Shown here one piece after another: positions 32,122 through 42,134 of a DNA stretch of 64,000 bases. This DNA is from Spirochaetia bacterium (GTDB taxonomy: Bacteria > Spirochaetota > Spirochaetia > CADAEX01): NCBI GenBank assembly GCA_963662265.2, contig CAXXHA010000008.1:1-64000 (forward strand), read 5' to 3'. Below the pieces are notes generated by a model, which was given only the letters and a program-made list of their open reading frames with translations, had not been told where the DNA came from and ran no database searches. Positions within the stretch are counted from its first letter, which is position 1. The number at the start of each line of letters is the position of its first letter. The position numbers and the translations under genes are program-made.

Positions 32122-32333
32122 TTTCTGTTTCTCATTAATTTATAATCATAATCATCATCGTATTCAACATTTCCGAAAAGGTTTATAATCTCTTCCTGTT
32201 TTCTTCTTTGGATAAATTCTTTTAATGCCTGGTTTACTGTATCTTTTTTCGTCTTAAAACCAGCTATATTTTGAGCTAAAATTAATAGATTATCATCAAT
32301 TGCAAGATTTGTAGCCATAATATAAACCTCCAA
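32118..32333 (-). CDS. vapB: VapB antitoxin
   Basis: MATNLAIDD..TKKDTVN.AL; overlaps the toxin start. Confidence 0.88.
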   Translation of the reverse strand: MEVYIMATNLAIDDNLLILAQNIAGFKTKKDTVNQALKEFIQRRKQEEIINLFGNVEYDDDYDYKLMRNRK

Positions 32334-32348
32334 TCAGTTTATGTGTAT

Positions 32349-32377
32349 ATTTTAACACAATATATTGTGTAGGTCAA
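32349..32377 (-). promoter_or_regulatory. vapBC promoter with operator palindrome
   Basis: TTGACC-17 bp-TAAAAT; the spacer contains the perfect palindrome ACACAATATATTGTGT (32355-32370). Confidence 0.75.
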
Positions 32378-32615
32378 TTTTCTTCTTGAATCCAGACAAA
32401 TTCCCAATATCTTTCTACCTTTGTCTGGATTCAGGCATAATTCTCAAATATTTGAGTATTTTTAATCTATATTAGTAATACACTGGGAAAATTCATTCAT
32501 AATTCTTGAATATATTAATAAATAAAGTCCAGACAAATTCCAATATTTTCCTACTTCTATGGTCTGGACTAGGGTTTTGATAAAAAACGTCATTCACTCC
32601 CCCCGAAGGGGTACA

Positions 32616-32799
32616 TAACTCCCAAGTTGAGCTGCTCCGGTGGTTCCTGAAGCGAAGCTGAAGGATTGGCATGTGTTTTTGCTTATCATTCTGCATTAAA
32701 ACAAACGATTTGTATCAAATAATTGCTGCATTTTTTAATAATTTAACTTCTTCCTGCAAAAACCATGACAAAACCGGGGTCTGCTCCAACTTATTGTTA
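32616..32799 (-). repeat. Long attC (184 bp)
   Basis: Long class, arm CCTGAAGCGAAGCTGAAGG. Confidence 0.88.
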
Positions 32800-33204
32800 C
32801 ATACTAAATCCACTCAAGATCAATTAGCAAGTTCTTTTTCTACATTTTCCAACCAGAAAATATCCTGCAGATCTTTATAAATTCGCCATTTTTCAGCCTG
32901 GAGGATACCAAAACATAATTCTTGGATTATCGTCACATTATATTTTCGGCTCGCTCCAAATCGGCTGAAAAGCGCCTATTTTCTTTACTTCATTGGACAG
33001 TTTTATTTTTCATATTCGAGTGTCAAAGTGGCAGGCCACACTAACTATCCTCTACCCTCTTTTTGAATCGGGTTTTTTCAAGTACAACATATAAGCTTTT
33101 CTGCCGGGCGGGCCTCAAGATGATGCATACAATCCCAAATATTTTTTTCTTTACTCCACCAACTTTTTGTCAGTTTTACCGGTTTCCAATAACTTTTGTG
33201 TATG
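32800..33204 (-). other. Gene-less cassette, family A (diverged)
   Basis: Homologous to 27651; reading frames not conserved. Confidence 0.85.
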
Positions 33205-33305
33205 TAACACCCAGTTGAGCTGTTTGACTGACCCGCCAGGGTTGGCGCGTGTTCTTGCTCTGCAAGAACCGTGACAAAAGTCAAATCTGCTCCAACTGAT
33301 TGTTA
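33205..33305 (-). repeat. attC (standard)
   Basis: TAAC...GTTA palindrome. Confidence 0.92.
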
Positions 33306-33310
33306 TCTTT

Positions 33311-33919
33311 TTAATTTATATATTTATAACTATTAAAAATGCATATTTCCAAAACTCTTAAATCAGAAACTTCATATCCAATCTTCTTTATTACTTTTTG
33401 TTTTATTTTTTCAAATTCACTTTCATTCGAAGCAATAGTTTTTAATGTGTCTAAATATTTTAAATAGTCATGTATATCATTAATATTTTTATAATTAAGT
33501 CTTTTTGCTATCCTACTATCCCATATGGCATAATTTTTAGGATTTACGAAATGGAGGAGTTTACTAGTTCCTGTTAATGAGTTGTTTATTACATTTTTTA
33601 ATTCTTCTATTTCTTTTAAATTGATTTGCTTTCCATTTTTGACTTTTTTCAAAATATTTAAAATATTATCAATTTTTGGTGTTTTTTTGATTTTTAAAAT
33701 TGTAGGCATCCAGCTGTAAACAATTCCAATTGCTGCCCAAAAATCACTTTCACATTCAAAATTAAACTGGTTTATTGTATTTAAATAATTATTATAGGTT
33801 CTAATATAAGTTCTTTCTAATTGTTCTGGTTGTTTTAATTCCTCATATTTTATTTCTTCATTATTATAATCAGGTATTTTTTTCTCATCTTTTTTTAATT
33901 CAGCAATATTATAGACCAT
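33311..33919 (-). CDS. Hypothetical protein (SKLLHF..P....IWDSR family)
   Basis: 202 aa ORF with RBS, second gene of a two-gene cassette. Confidence 0.7.
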   Translation of the reverse strand: MVYNIAELKKDEKKIPDYNNEEIKYEELKQPEQLERTYIRTYNNYLNTINQFNFECESDFWAAIGIVYSWMPTILKIKKTPKIDNILNILKKVKNGKQINLKEIEELKNVINNSLTGTSKLLHFVNPKNYAIWDSRIAKRLNYKNINDIHDYLKYLDTLKTIASNESEFEKIKQKVIKKIGYEVSDLRVLEICIFNSYKYIN

Positions 33920-33930
33920 GACATTCCTCT

Positions 33931-34302
33931 TTATATAATTTTTTTAATTTCTTGCATTTCTAAAGTATAATATGGTTCGCCATCATCACCATCTGGTATT
34001 TTATCCATTAATACGAATCGGTCTTTTGGCAAATCATCAGATGTTAATATTTCTAATTCTTTTTCGTCTTCTACTTTTATTTTTCCGATTTTTACATAAT
34101 CATAATTCTCGGGATTATTTCCTAAATCATCAGTAATTCTATATTTTTCTTGATTTGTTATTAGACATATTTTCTTGTAGTTTTCTTCATTATATCCAAC
34201 AATTGATGGTTTTTTAGTAAATTCGCTTACAAAATTAACATATGCAGTATTTAAATCATTATACCAATTATTTAATTTATTATGGGAATATTCCTTTATC
34301 AT
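33931..34302 (-). CDS. Hypothetical protein
   Basis: 123 aa ORF with GGAG RBS just after attC. Confidence 0.7.
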   Translation of the reverse strand: MIKEYSHNKLNNWYNDLNTAYVNFVSEFTKKPSIVGYNEENYKKICLITNQEKYRITDDLGNNPENYDYVKIGKIKVEDEKELEILTSDDLPKDRFVLMDKIPDGDDGEPYYTLEMQEIKKII

Positions 34303-34328
34303 TATAAATCTCCATTTTTAAATAAAGA

Positions 34329-34421
34329 TAACGCCAAGTTGAGCTGTTTGGCGTCAAGTGGCGCGTATTCTTGCGCATGCAAGAATCGTGACATAGCCAA
34401 ATCTGCTCTAACTTTTTGTTA
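34329..34421 (-). repeat. attC (93 bp variant)
   Basis: TAAC...GTTA palindrome. Confidence 0.9.
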
Positions 34422-34431
34422 TCTTCCGATT

Positions 34432-35610
34432 TTAAATTTCATCCAGTAGATATAATTTTTTAACCGAATCTATTACTAACTTTTTTTCTGCTTTGTAATT
34501 GTCAAATAGTTTTTTTTGTTTCTCATTCAATTCTGCATTATATTTTGATTCTATTAATATTTTATCTGAAGTAAAAAAATCTATTTCATTTCCTTCTTCA
34601 TACAAATAAAATAATTCTTTTTTATTTCTGAGCTTTAAATAAAGGTAATTCTCAAAATAGCTTCCTAAATCTCTATCTCCCATGAATAGATGTTTTATTC
34701 CTAAATCACATGCATATATTTTCTTCGGTGATAGTAATTTTTCATTTGTTTTTCCCCATCTTGGTAAGAGGTGAATTAAAAAGGTTTCTTCAAAATAATT
34801 TAGATATCTTCGTGCTGTATCAGGGGATATTTTTAATATATTAGCAATTTTGTTAATACTTAGCTGCTTTCCGCTTCTTTCCATTAAGAGAGTAAAATAA
34901 TCTCTCATTAGCTGATGATTTTTTAATCCATGATGTGCGGTTATATCTTTTTGAATTATATCATCTATAAGATTCATTAAATATTCTCTATTTGGATTTA
35001 AGACATTTTCAGGTAACCCACCCTCTTTCATGTAATCCTTAAAATATGATTCATTTAAAATATCATCGCGTTTTTTTACTTCTATATTTTTGAATAATTT
35101 ATATTCTTCAAAATCCAATGGTTTTACTTCTAGAGTTATTGATCTACCTGTTAAAAATGCTTTTTTGTCTCTTAATAATGAACTTGAAGATGAAGTAGCA
35201 AAAACTTTTATATTATATTTATCATATAAATTTTTAAGTTGTTGGTGATAATCGGCCTGATATGTTATTTCATCGAAGAAAACATATATTTTTTCTTCAA
35301 CTTTGATTTTGTTAATTTTTTTATATTCATCTAAAATATCAAATAAATTTTTATTATGAAGCAGATAATCATCAACACTTACATATAGTATATTTTTCTT
35401 ATCTACTTGCTGATTAAGTAGTTCTTTAATGATAATTTTCATCAAAGTTGTTTTTCCAACTCTTCTTAATCCTGTTAAAAAGATAATATGCTTATTTTCA
35501 ATATTATCTTTGAGAAAGTTTATATATTGTGACCGTTCAATTATATGTTCTAATGTGTATTCTTCTTCCCACCAGGGATTATATTGATATAATAATTCTT
35601 CCATAACCAT
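34432..35610 (-). CDS. AAA_14/DUF4143 ATPase
   Basis: GLRRVGKTT, FFDEI, GGLPE, EIDF. Confidence 0.9.
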   Translation of the reverse strand: MVMEELLYQYNPWWEEEYTLEHIIERSQYINFLKDNIENKHIIFLTGLRRVGKTTLMKIIIKELLNQQVDKKNILYVSVDDYLLHNKNLFDILDEYKKINKIKVEEKIYVFFDEITYQADYHQQLKNLYDKYNIKVFATSSSSSLLRDKKAFLTGRSITLEVKPLDFEEYKLFKNIEVKKRDDILNESYFKDYMKEGGLPENVLNPNREYLMNLIDDIIQKDITAHHGLKNHQLMRDYFTLLMERSGKQLSINKIANILKISPDTARRYLNYFEETFLIHLLPRWGKTNEKLLSPKKIYACDLGIKHLFMGDRDLGSYFENYLYLKLRNKKELFYLYEEGNEIDFFTSDKILIESKYNAELNEKQKKLFDNYKAEKKLVIDSVKKLYLLDEI

Positions 35611-35680
35611 ATTATACGTTTAAATCATATATTTTTCAAGATTTTTATACGATACGTATGTAATAAAACTTTAGTGAAGA

Positions 35681-35782
35681 TAACGCCAAGTTGAGTAGCT
35701 TGTATGATCCCGAAGGGTTGGCGCGTGTTCTTGCTTCTGCAAGAACCGTGACAAAATACAAGTCTACTCCAACTTTTTGTTA
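35681..35782 (-). repeat. attC (standard, covariant stem)
   Basis: GAGTAG.TTGTAT pairs with ATACAA..CTACTC. Confidence 0.9.
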
Positions 35783-35783
35783 T

Positions 35784-36695
35784 CTATTTCATTTTATCTT
35801 CATCATAAATAACTTTAAACTGTTCAAATATAACTATTATATCCTCATTGAATTCTTTCCCCATTTCTTCATATTCAAGCTGGAAAAAATATCTATGAGC
35901 ATCCTGCCAATATTTTAATGAAAGATCTCCCTCACCTTCTAATCTTGCTTCTTCTTCAGTTATTTCTCTAAATTTCTTATGTTTTATTTTTTCTGTTTTC
36001 AGTATACATCCTGGCAGCCCATTTCCGTAAGTTATTATTGAAATATCGCCTTCTTCCAGTATTTTTTCATCAATTTCAGCTGTTTCAAATATATCTAAAG
36101 CTGATGATGTTGCTGTCTTTTTTCCTTCTTTTACTAATTTAAGCAATTTATTGGGAAGATATTCTCCATAACAGAAATTCCAAACTTCATATTCTTTATT
36201 TTCATATTCAGGATTATTATTAATAAATCTTTGCCAGTATTCTTTAATAATTTCTGTTAATTCATTTTCTTCATATATTTTATATTTTAATAATAACTGA
36301 TCGTTTTCATTAACCTGAAGTATATTTGATTTATTCTTATTCGATTCAATGATAAATCCGCAGCTTTTCAGGATTTCTAATAATTCTGTATTGTCTTCAT
36401 AAATTTTAATTAATATTACATGTTTTTTGTTATTCTTAGAATATTCAATAATCTCTTCTAATAATTTTATTTCTATTCTTTCTTCTGAATATTTATTTTC
36501 TGCAGCCAATATAACAATTTCAGATATTCCACTATTTTCTTTTAATCCTATAATTCCAATATTATCCTTATCAGATAATACTTCCCAGAAAGATGCTATT
36601 TTCTTATATTTTTCCAGTTGAGTTTTATCTTCTTCAGACAGGTAGTTATATTTTTCCGATTTTATTTCATTTTTAATTTTATTTATTGAAATCAT
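35784..36695 (-). CDS. GNAT-like + ASCH domain fusion
   Basis: C-terminal GKKTATSS...EGEGDLSLKYW ASCH motif; N-terminal degenerate GNAT pattern. Confidence 0.8.
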   Translation of the reverse strand: MISINKIKNEIKSEKYNYLSEEDKTQLEKYKKIASFWEVLSDKDNIGIIGLKENSGISEIVILAAENKYSEERIEIKLLEEIIEYSKNNKKHVILIKIYEDNTELLEILKSCGFIIESNKNKSNILQVNENDQLLLKYKIYEENELTEIIKEYWQRFINNNPEYENKEYEVWNFCYGEYLPNKLLKLVKEGKKTATSSALDIFETAEIDEKILEEGDISIITYGNGLPGCILKTEKIKHKKFREITEEEARLEGEGDLSLKYWQDAHRYFFQLEYEEMGKEFNEDIIVIFEQFKVIYDEDKMK

Positions 36696-36771
36696 TTTTA
36701 GATCCTTATTTATAATCTAAAATTATATCATGTTTTTCTTTTTTTCTCTAAAATGCCCCCGAAGGGGTAGA

Positions 36772-36872
36772 TAACGCCAAGTTGAGCTGTTTGGCTGTCC
36801 CGAAGGGTTGGCTGCGTGTTCTTACTCTGCAAGAACCGTGACAAAAGTCAAATCTGCTCCAACTTTTTGTTA
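36772..36872 (-). repeat. attC (standard)
   Basis: TAAC...GTTA palindrome. Confidence 0.9.
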
Positions 36873-36884
36873 TCTATTAATTTA

Positions 36885-37991
36885 TTAATTGACTTCCCAT
36901 TTTCTCTTTAGATAATCTACAGTAAATATCCACTTTGAATTTCCTGGTCTACATACAGTATTTTGGTTACCAAAAAATCCCAGTTCTTTTGTTGCAAATT
37001 TAGTTTCAAATGTTTTTATCCAGTTTACTTTTACAATATATTCTGCATTATCTTCATCTTCTTTTTTTTCAGCTAAATAATTACCATTTAAATCTAATTC
37101 AAAAAGATTTTTTTCCTGACCATCTATTTCAAATGTTGTATCTTTTGCCATTTGAACTGTATCAGAAACAATACCTACCCCAACATAACCAGTATGAGGG
37201 ATGTTCACCCATATTCTATCATCAATATTTAGTTGACCAAGAGTTCTACTGTACCAGGGCTTTCCGCCTCCAGAAATGAAACCATATTTCATTGCATCAT
37301 TCCAGTTTCTCGTTTTTCCTTCTCCGAATGAAACATAATATTCACCATTCCATGCAACTGCATTCTTTTCATTTATTTTAATATTTGAGGCTTTTTCATC
37401 AGTATCTGCTGGATCGCTGAGCCATGCTCGACTTATTATTCTATTTCCATTAATGTTTAAAACTTTAAAGAATACTATATTGATTGGGATTTCAGAATCT
37501 GATAAATAATTAACAATTCTTTCTGTATGATTATCTAATTCCGAAGCTACTATGATTATTTGATGTGATTTATTAATTTCATCTTCTTGAAATTCCATAT
37601 TAAATTTATTATTTAATCCGGTACTCAAAGATAATATTTCAGAATTTTCTAAATATTTTATTTGATAGTTTTTATAGATATTTTCAATATCTGATGTTGA
37701 TAATTTCTTTACCCATGATGCATAATCTAATCCTTGGGCTACAACATCTCTTGTAGTTTTATTTTTCTTTAATTCTATAATTACAAGATCACCAGCATTA
37801 TCTATAGCTAATAAATCAATTCTTTTGTTATAATCTGTTATAACTTGTCTACCAATAATTAACCAGTTTGGGTTTAAAATATCAATTTTTCGTTCAATTA
37901 TTTCTTCTAATTCATTTTCTGAATTTAATATTGATTCTTCTATTTTGTTTATTGAATCATTTATTTCCCAAAACTCTTGATTTATTGGCAT
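36885..37991 (-). CDS. NucS/DUF91-like PD-(D/E)XK endonuclease
   Basis: E..LE, RIDLLA, IIELKK, VVAQGLDY. Confidence 0.85.
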   Translation of the reverse strand: MPINQEFWEINDSINKIEESILNSENELEEIIERKIDILNPNWLIIGRQVITDYNKRIDLLAIDNAGDLVIIELKKNKTTRDVVAQGLDYASWVKKLSTSDIENIYKNYQIKYLENSEILSLSTGLNNKFNMEFQEDEINKSHQIIIVASELDNHTERIVNYLSDSEIPINIVFFKVLNINGNRIISRAWLSDPADTDEKASNIKINEKNAVAWNGEYYVSFGEGKTRNWNDAMKYGFISGGGKPWYSRTLGQLNIDDRIWVNIPHTGYVGVGIVSDTVQMAKDTTFEIDGQEKNLFELDLNGNYLAEKKEDEDNAEYIVKVNWIKTFETKFATKELGFFGNQNTVCRPGNSKWIFTVDYLKRKWEVN

Positions 37992-38051
37992 TTTAACTTC
38001 TCCATGTTTTTAATACTTCATTTTTATATATTCACCCCCCGAAGGGGTAGA

Positions 38052-38151
38052 TAACGCCCAGTTGAGCTGTTTGACTGCCCCGGAGGGTTGGCGTGTAAAT
38101 TGCGAATGCAATTTGCATGACAAAAGACAAATCTGCTCAAACTGATTGTTA
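38052..38151 (-). repeat. attC (standard)
   Basis: TAAC...GTTA palindrome. Confidence 0.92.
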
Positions 38152-38189
38152 TGTTTTTTAACATTTTTTACAACTGAACAATAATATTA

Positions 38190-39629
38190 TTATTTAGTAA
38201 ATCTTCTTGTTATTGTTATAGTTAAAAAAGAAACAAAAATAACTCCCAATAAACCTTCGCTACCTGCAATTAATCTAAATATTGAATTATTATTTGGAAC
38301 TATATCACCATAACCAATTGTAACAAATGTTATTATACTAAAATATATTGAATCAGCTAATAGACTTAAAACTTCAGGAAACTCAATTAAACCTCCATTT
38401 ATCAAGCTTAACATTGATAAATGATAATTTTTTGTATTCGGATGTGTTATTCCATCTGGAAATAAAAAGTAAATTATAGAATAACTCAATATTATTAAAA
38501 TAATGCTTCTTAACATTACCTCCCATTTACAAAAATATCCAATTGATGTTTCTATAATTTTTTCTATCATTTTTAATGGAATACATAGTAATTTCATAAA
38601 TCCTTTTTTTACATTCCATCTATTTAGACGCTGATATTTCTTTATTAAATATTCTGTATGAAGTTCAACTTTTTTATTTTTACATTTTTCAGCGATATCA
38701 TTTAAATTAATAAAATTCTCAATTTCTTCAATATAATTATTTGTATTTCTTGATAATAAACACTGATATTTATTATTTTCGATAGCCCTAAAATCGATTT
38801 TTGTATTACTGAAATCTGTGTTTTTTAATTGTATTTTTCCTAATATCTCTTTTATTCCTATATCTCCATATCCTCGAATTATAAATTTATCAAATGATAA
38901 ATTACCATTATCATTTATTATAATGTCTTGCATTATGATACTATTTTCTATTATAACATCAATAACTGTTACCCAACTAATTATTGAATCAATTATCTGT
39001 ATCTTCCCAATCCTTACTCCTTGAATAATTGACCTTATTATTCCACCCTGTATCAAAATTGATTCAATTGTTTTACATCTAATATTAACTGAACCACTAT
39101 TTTTAAAAATAGTATTATTAATTTCAACAAAATCAACTTCACCAGATATTTCAAATCTATCATTGCAAATCGACTCTTCTAAATGTAAACCTAATTTTTT
39201 TGTTTTAGAAGTATTTGTAATTGAAACTAACTTTCTAAAAATACAATTATGAAATAATAAATATTCTACATCCCGAAAAACAAGTTCCAAAAAAATAATA
39301 TTATAAATATTATGAACTATATTAAAAAGTTTATTATCTTTTTCTATTTTAAAAGCCACAACAGCCTTGCGCTTTGGATATTTCCATGCAATCCCACCTG
39401 CTGCTTGCATTTTAATTATTTGATCTGATTCGAATTTTACTGTATATGAAAGGAAAAGCTCCAATTCACTAATATTTCTAATGATTTCATACTCTTCTTC
39501 AACTGAATTATTTATTAAAGTAATATTTTTTTTATTTTTTATAATATCACTAATTTCGTCATCTTTTTTTGAGATAAACTCTGATATTTCCAAATTATTA
39601 CTCCATATTATATTTTTTACTAAAACCAT
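38190..39629 (-). CDS. Potassium-channel (Ion_trans_2) domain protein with a long beta-rich N-terminus
   Basis: YFSIITFVTIGYGD pore motif at the C-terminus. Confidence 0.85.
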   Translation of the reverse strand: MVLVKNIIWSNNLEISEFISKKDDEISDIIKNKKNITLINNSVEEEYEIIRNISELELFLSYTVKFESDQIIKMQAAGGIAWKYPKRKAVVAFKIEKDNKLFNIVHNIYNIIFLELVFRDVEYLLFHNCIFRKLVSITNTSKTKKLGLHLEESICNDRFEISGEVDFVEINNTIFKNSGSVNIRCKTIESILIQGGIIRSIIQGVRIGKIQIIDSIISWVTVIDVIIENSIIMQDIIINDNGNLSFDKFIIRGYGDIGIKEILGKIQLKNTDFSNTKIDFRAIENNKYQCLLSRNTNNYIEEIENFINLNDIAEKCKNKKVELHTEYLIKKYQRLNRWNVKKGFMKLLCIPLKMIEKIIETSIGYFCKWEVMLRSIILIILSYSIIYFLFPDGITHPNTKNYHLSMLSLINGGLIEFPEVLSLLADSIYFSIITFVTIGYGDIVPNNNSIFRLIAGSEGLLGVIFVSFLTITITRRFTK

Positions 39630-39722
39630 TTATACTTATCATGGCATTTCTATATTTCACAACAATTGGATACTTTAATAATAAACATTTACTACAGTTA
39701 TCCGCTATTTCCTAAATGAACA

Positions 39723-39822
39723 TAACGCCCAGTTGAGCTGTTTAACTGTTCCGAAGGATTGGCGTGCAAATTGCGAATGCAATTTGCATGACAAAAGTTA
39801 AATCTGCTCAAACTGTTTGTTA
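39723..39822 (-). repeat. attC (standard)
   Basis: TAAC...GTTA palindrome. Confidence 0.9.
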
Positions 39823-39835
39823 TGCAAATAATTTT

Positions 39836-40885
39836 TTACATACTATTTGGATATTTTTCATATAATATTTTAATAATTTTACTATGGTCTATTACAAATG
39901 ATAAACGTAATATACTATTTTCATCTTTATAATTTTCTTTAAAAGAATAAAATAAAGTCATTTCATCTAATGAATTTGTTATTTCTTCATTATTATAATT
40001 TCTCATTAAAAAATCTTTATTTATTTGATTATTTATTTTTATATATTCAGGTTTACCATATTGTTTTATCAATGTACTTAAACTGTCATTAATTGTAACA
40101 TCATTATATGTTTTAATTTTTTCGGTATGGATCTCTAGTTTATGGATTTTCTTTTCTTCATTTTTTTTATATATATAATCATTATTTATCATCACTTCAT
40201 AAGTAATATCTGTTTCATAATCCCATTTTTTATAATTATATAATTCATTTATATTAAATAACTGTAAAAAATCGTATTTCTCATCATCAATTAATATAAT
40301 ATGAGCATAACTACTTTTTTCATTAGCTTTTATTTCTTCAGCAGGTTTTAAAGATAATATACTATTTTTTACTTCTTCAATTGTTTTATTTTTATAAAAA
40401 TCTTGTTTAAGATTTATTACAATCTCAGGATCAATATTAATACCATTTATTAAAACTTCATAATGTAAATGTGCTCCATTTGTTAATCCAGTTTTTCCCA
40501 TTAATCCTATTAACATATATTTTGAAACTTCTTGATTCTTTTTTACTAGTATTTTATCTAGATGATTATATATTGTTTTAAAACCATTTCTATGATTTAT
40601 TTCAACATATTTACCTCTTCCTAATTCTTCATTTCCTATTTCTTCTATAAATCCATCTGCCGGAGCTATTATTTTTGTACCTCTTGCTTTTACAATATCC
40701 AATCCTTTATGGAAGTATGTTTCTCGAGTATATGCATGTATATTTTTTCCATAACTTTGTGAATAAAATATTTTATTATCATCTACAGGGTTTATATTTG
40801 GGATATCATTTGCATATATATTACCAATATTTATGACCAATACTAATATTACTACAATAATATTTTTATTCATTTTTTTATCCAT
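39836..40885 (-). CDS. Secreted M23 family peptidase
   Basis: HKGLD, YNHL, HLHYEV; signal peptide. Confidence 0.9.
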   Translation of the reverse strand: MDKKMNKNIIVVILVLVINIGNIYANDIPNINPVDDNKIFYSQSYGKNIHAYTRETYFHKGLDIVKARGTKIIAPADGFIEEIGNEELGRGKYVEINHRNGFKTIYNHLDKILVKKNQEVSKYMLIGLMGKTGLTNGAHLHYEVLINGINIDPEIVINLKQDFYKNKTIEEVKNSILSLKPAEEIKANEKSSYAHIILIDDEKYDFLQLFNINELYNYKKWDYETDITYEVMINNDYIYKKNEEKKIHKLEIHTEKIKTYNDVTINDSLSTLIKQYGKPEYIKINNQINKDFLMRNYNNEEITNSLDEMTLFYSFKENYKDENSILRLSFVIDHSKIIKILYEKYPNSM

Positions 40886-40932
40886 TTTATATTATATTTT
40901 CCTTTTTTCTTAAATTGCCCTAAAAGGGTGCA

Positions 40933-41034
40933 TAACGCCAAGTTGAGCTGTTTGACTGCCCCGCCAGGGTTGGCGCGTGTTCTTGCAACAGCAAGAACCG
41001 TGACAAAAGTCAAATCTGCTCCAACTTATTGTTA
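40933..41034 (-). repeat. attC (standard; identical to 23152)
   Basis: TAAC...GTTA palindrome. Confidence 0.92.
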
Positions 41035-41052
41035 AACGCTAAATTTCAATAC

Positions 41053-41877
41053 TTAATTCAGATTATATCCGAATTCTCTGGTTTTCATAATATTTTTCCA
41101 ATGTGCTTCTCTTCTAATTATTATTTCATCATCAGTAATTGACGATCTTACTTCAAGTATTGAAAATTGATAATTATTTGCATATTCAATTCCATTTTTT
41201 TCAATTACTTTTTTTAGATCAATATTATTTCCATGTCCATTTTTTGAATAATTTTTCCATCTATCCCAAAAAGCATTTTCCCCATATGCTGAACCAACAT
41301 ATAATTTTCCGTTTGTTTTATCAGTAATTAAATATACACCTTTTGTACTTGATAATGCACTTTTCCAAGATGCTTCTTCTTCATTAATTACTTCTTGTAA
41401 TTCTTCATAGTTCAATAATAAATTTTCATATCCGGGAAAGGGTTCAATTTTATACGGTTTTTCAAGTAATTCGCTAATTTCAAAATTATTGATGTGTTTT
41501 TCTAGTAATAGATATGAAGCTCGAAAATCTTTATTAAATTTAATTATTAGTCGACCAATTAAATCTTTTTGTAACTCTGTTAAATTTGTCTTATATGAAA
41601 AATATTCTTTTTCTTTTGATTTATCATATTTTTTAGTTACATCCAATTTTTCATAAATACCGCCGTAGATCCAATAATTTGGTTTATAATAAATAAGTGA
41701 TATAATATATTTTCTTTCAAAATTTTTATTATTCTGATATTCTTGCCATTCTTTGAATTCATTTCTTATTAATTTATATAATGGTTCTTTTTTATTTAAT
41801 CGACCTATAGCCATGTGGAGTTTGTATTCATCGGTTTTTTCTATTATTTCTGGGAAAATATGTTCGAATTTAACCAT
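41053..41877 (-). CDS. GIY-YIG nuclease cassette, copy 2
   Basis: Protein identical to 23272-24096. Confidence 0.9.
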   Translation of the reverse strand: MVKFEHIFPEIIEKTDEYKLHMAIGRLNKKEPLYKLIRNEFKEWQEYQNNKNFERKYIISLIYYKPNYWIYGGIYEKLDVTKKYDKSKEKEYFSYKTNLTELQKDLIGRLIIKFNKDFRASYLLLEKHINNFEISELLEKPYKIEPFPGYENLLLNYEELQEVINEEEASWKSALSSTKGVYLITDKTNGKLYVGSAYGENAFWDRWKNYSKNGHGNNIDLKKVIEKNGIEYANNYQFSILEVRSSITDDEIIIRREAHWKNIMKTREFGYNLN

Positions 41878-42014
41878 TATTTTTCCTTATTTAAATTTTT
41901 TCTCTATCTTACATAATTATTGCTATTCAATATTTATTCATTTTTTATCAAAATTTAAGTAATTTTTTATGCAAAAATATTCTTTTGAGTTACAATAATA
42001 ACTATGATGCCGTT

Positions 42015-42119
42015 TAACGCCAAGTTGAGCAGCTTCGCAGTATCAAAAACCCATACTTCTTTGCTGTTAAAATAATCCTGAAAGTCAAAAGTCGCGAAGT
42101 CTGTTCCAACTTATTGTTA
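42015..42119 (-). repeat. attC (open-loop CTTCGC...GCGAAG class)
   Basis: attC ends with a different core; shared with 45867. Confidence 0.85.
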
Positions 42120-42134
42120 AAAACTAAATTCTTA

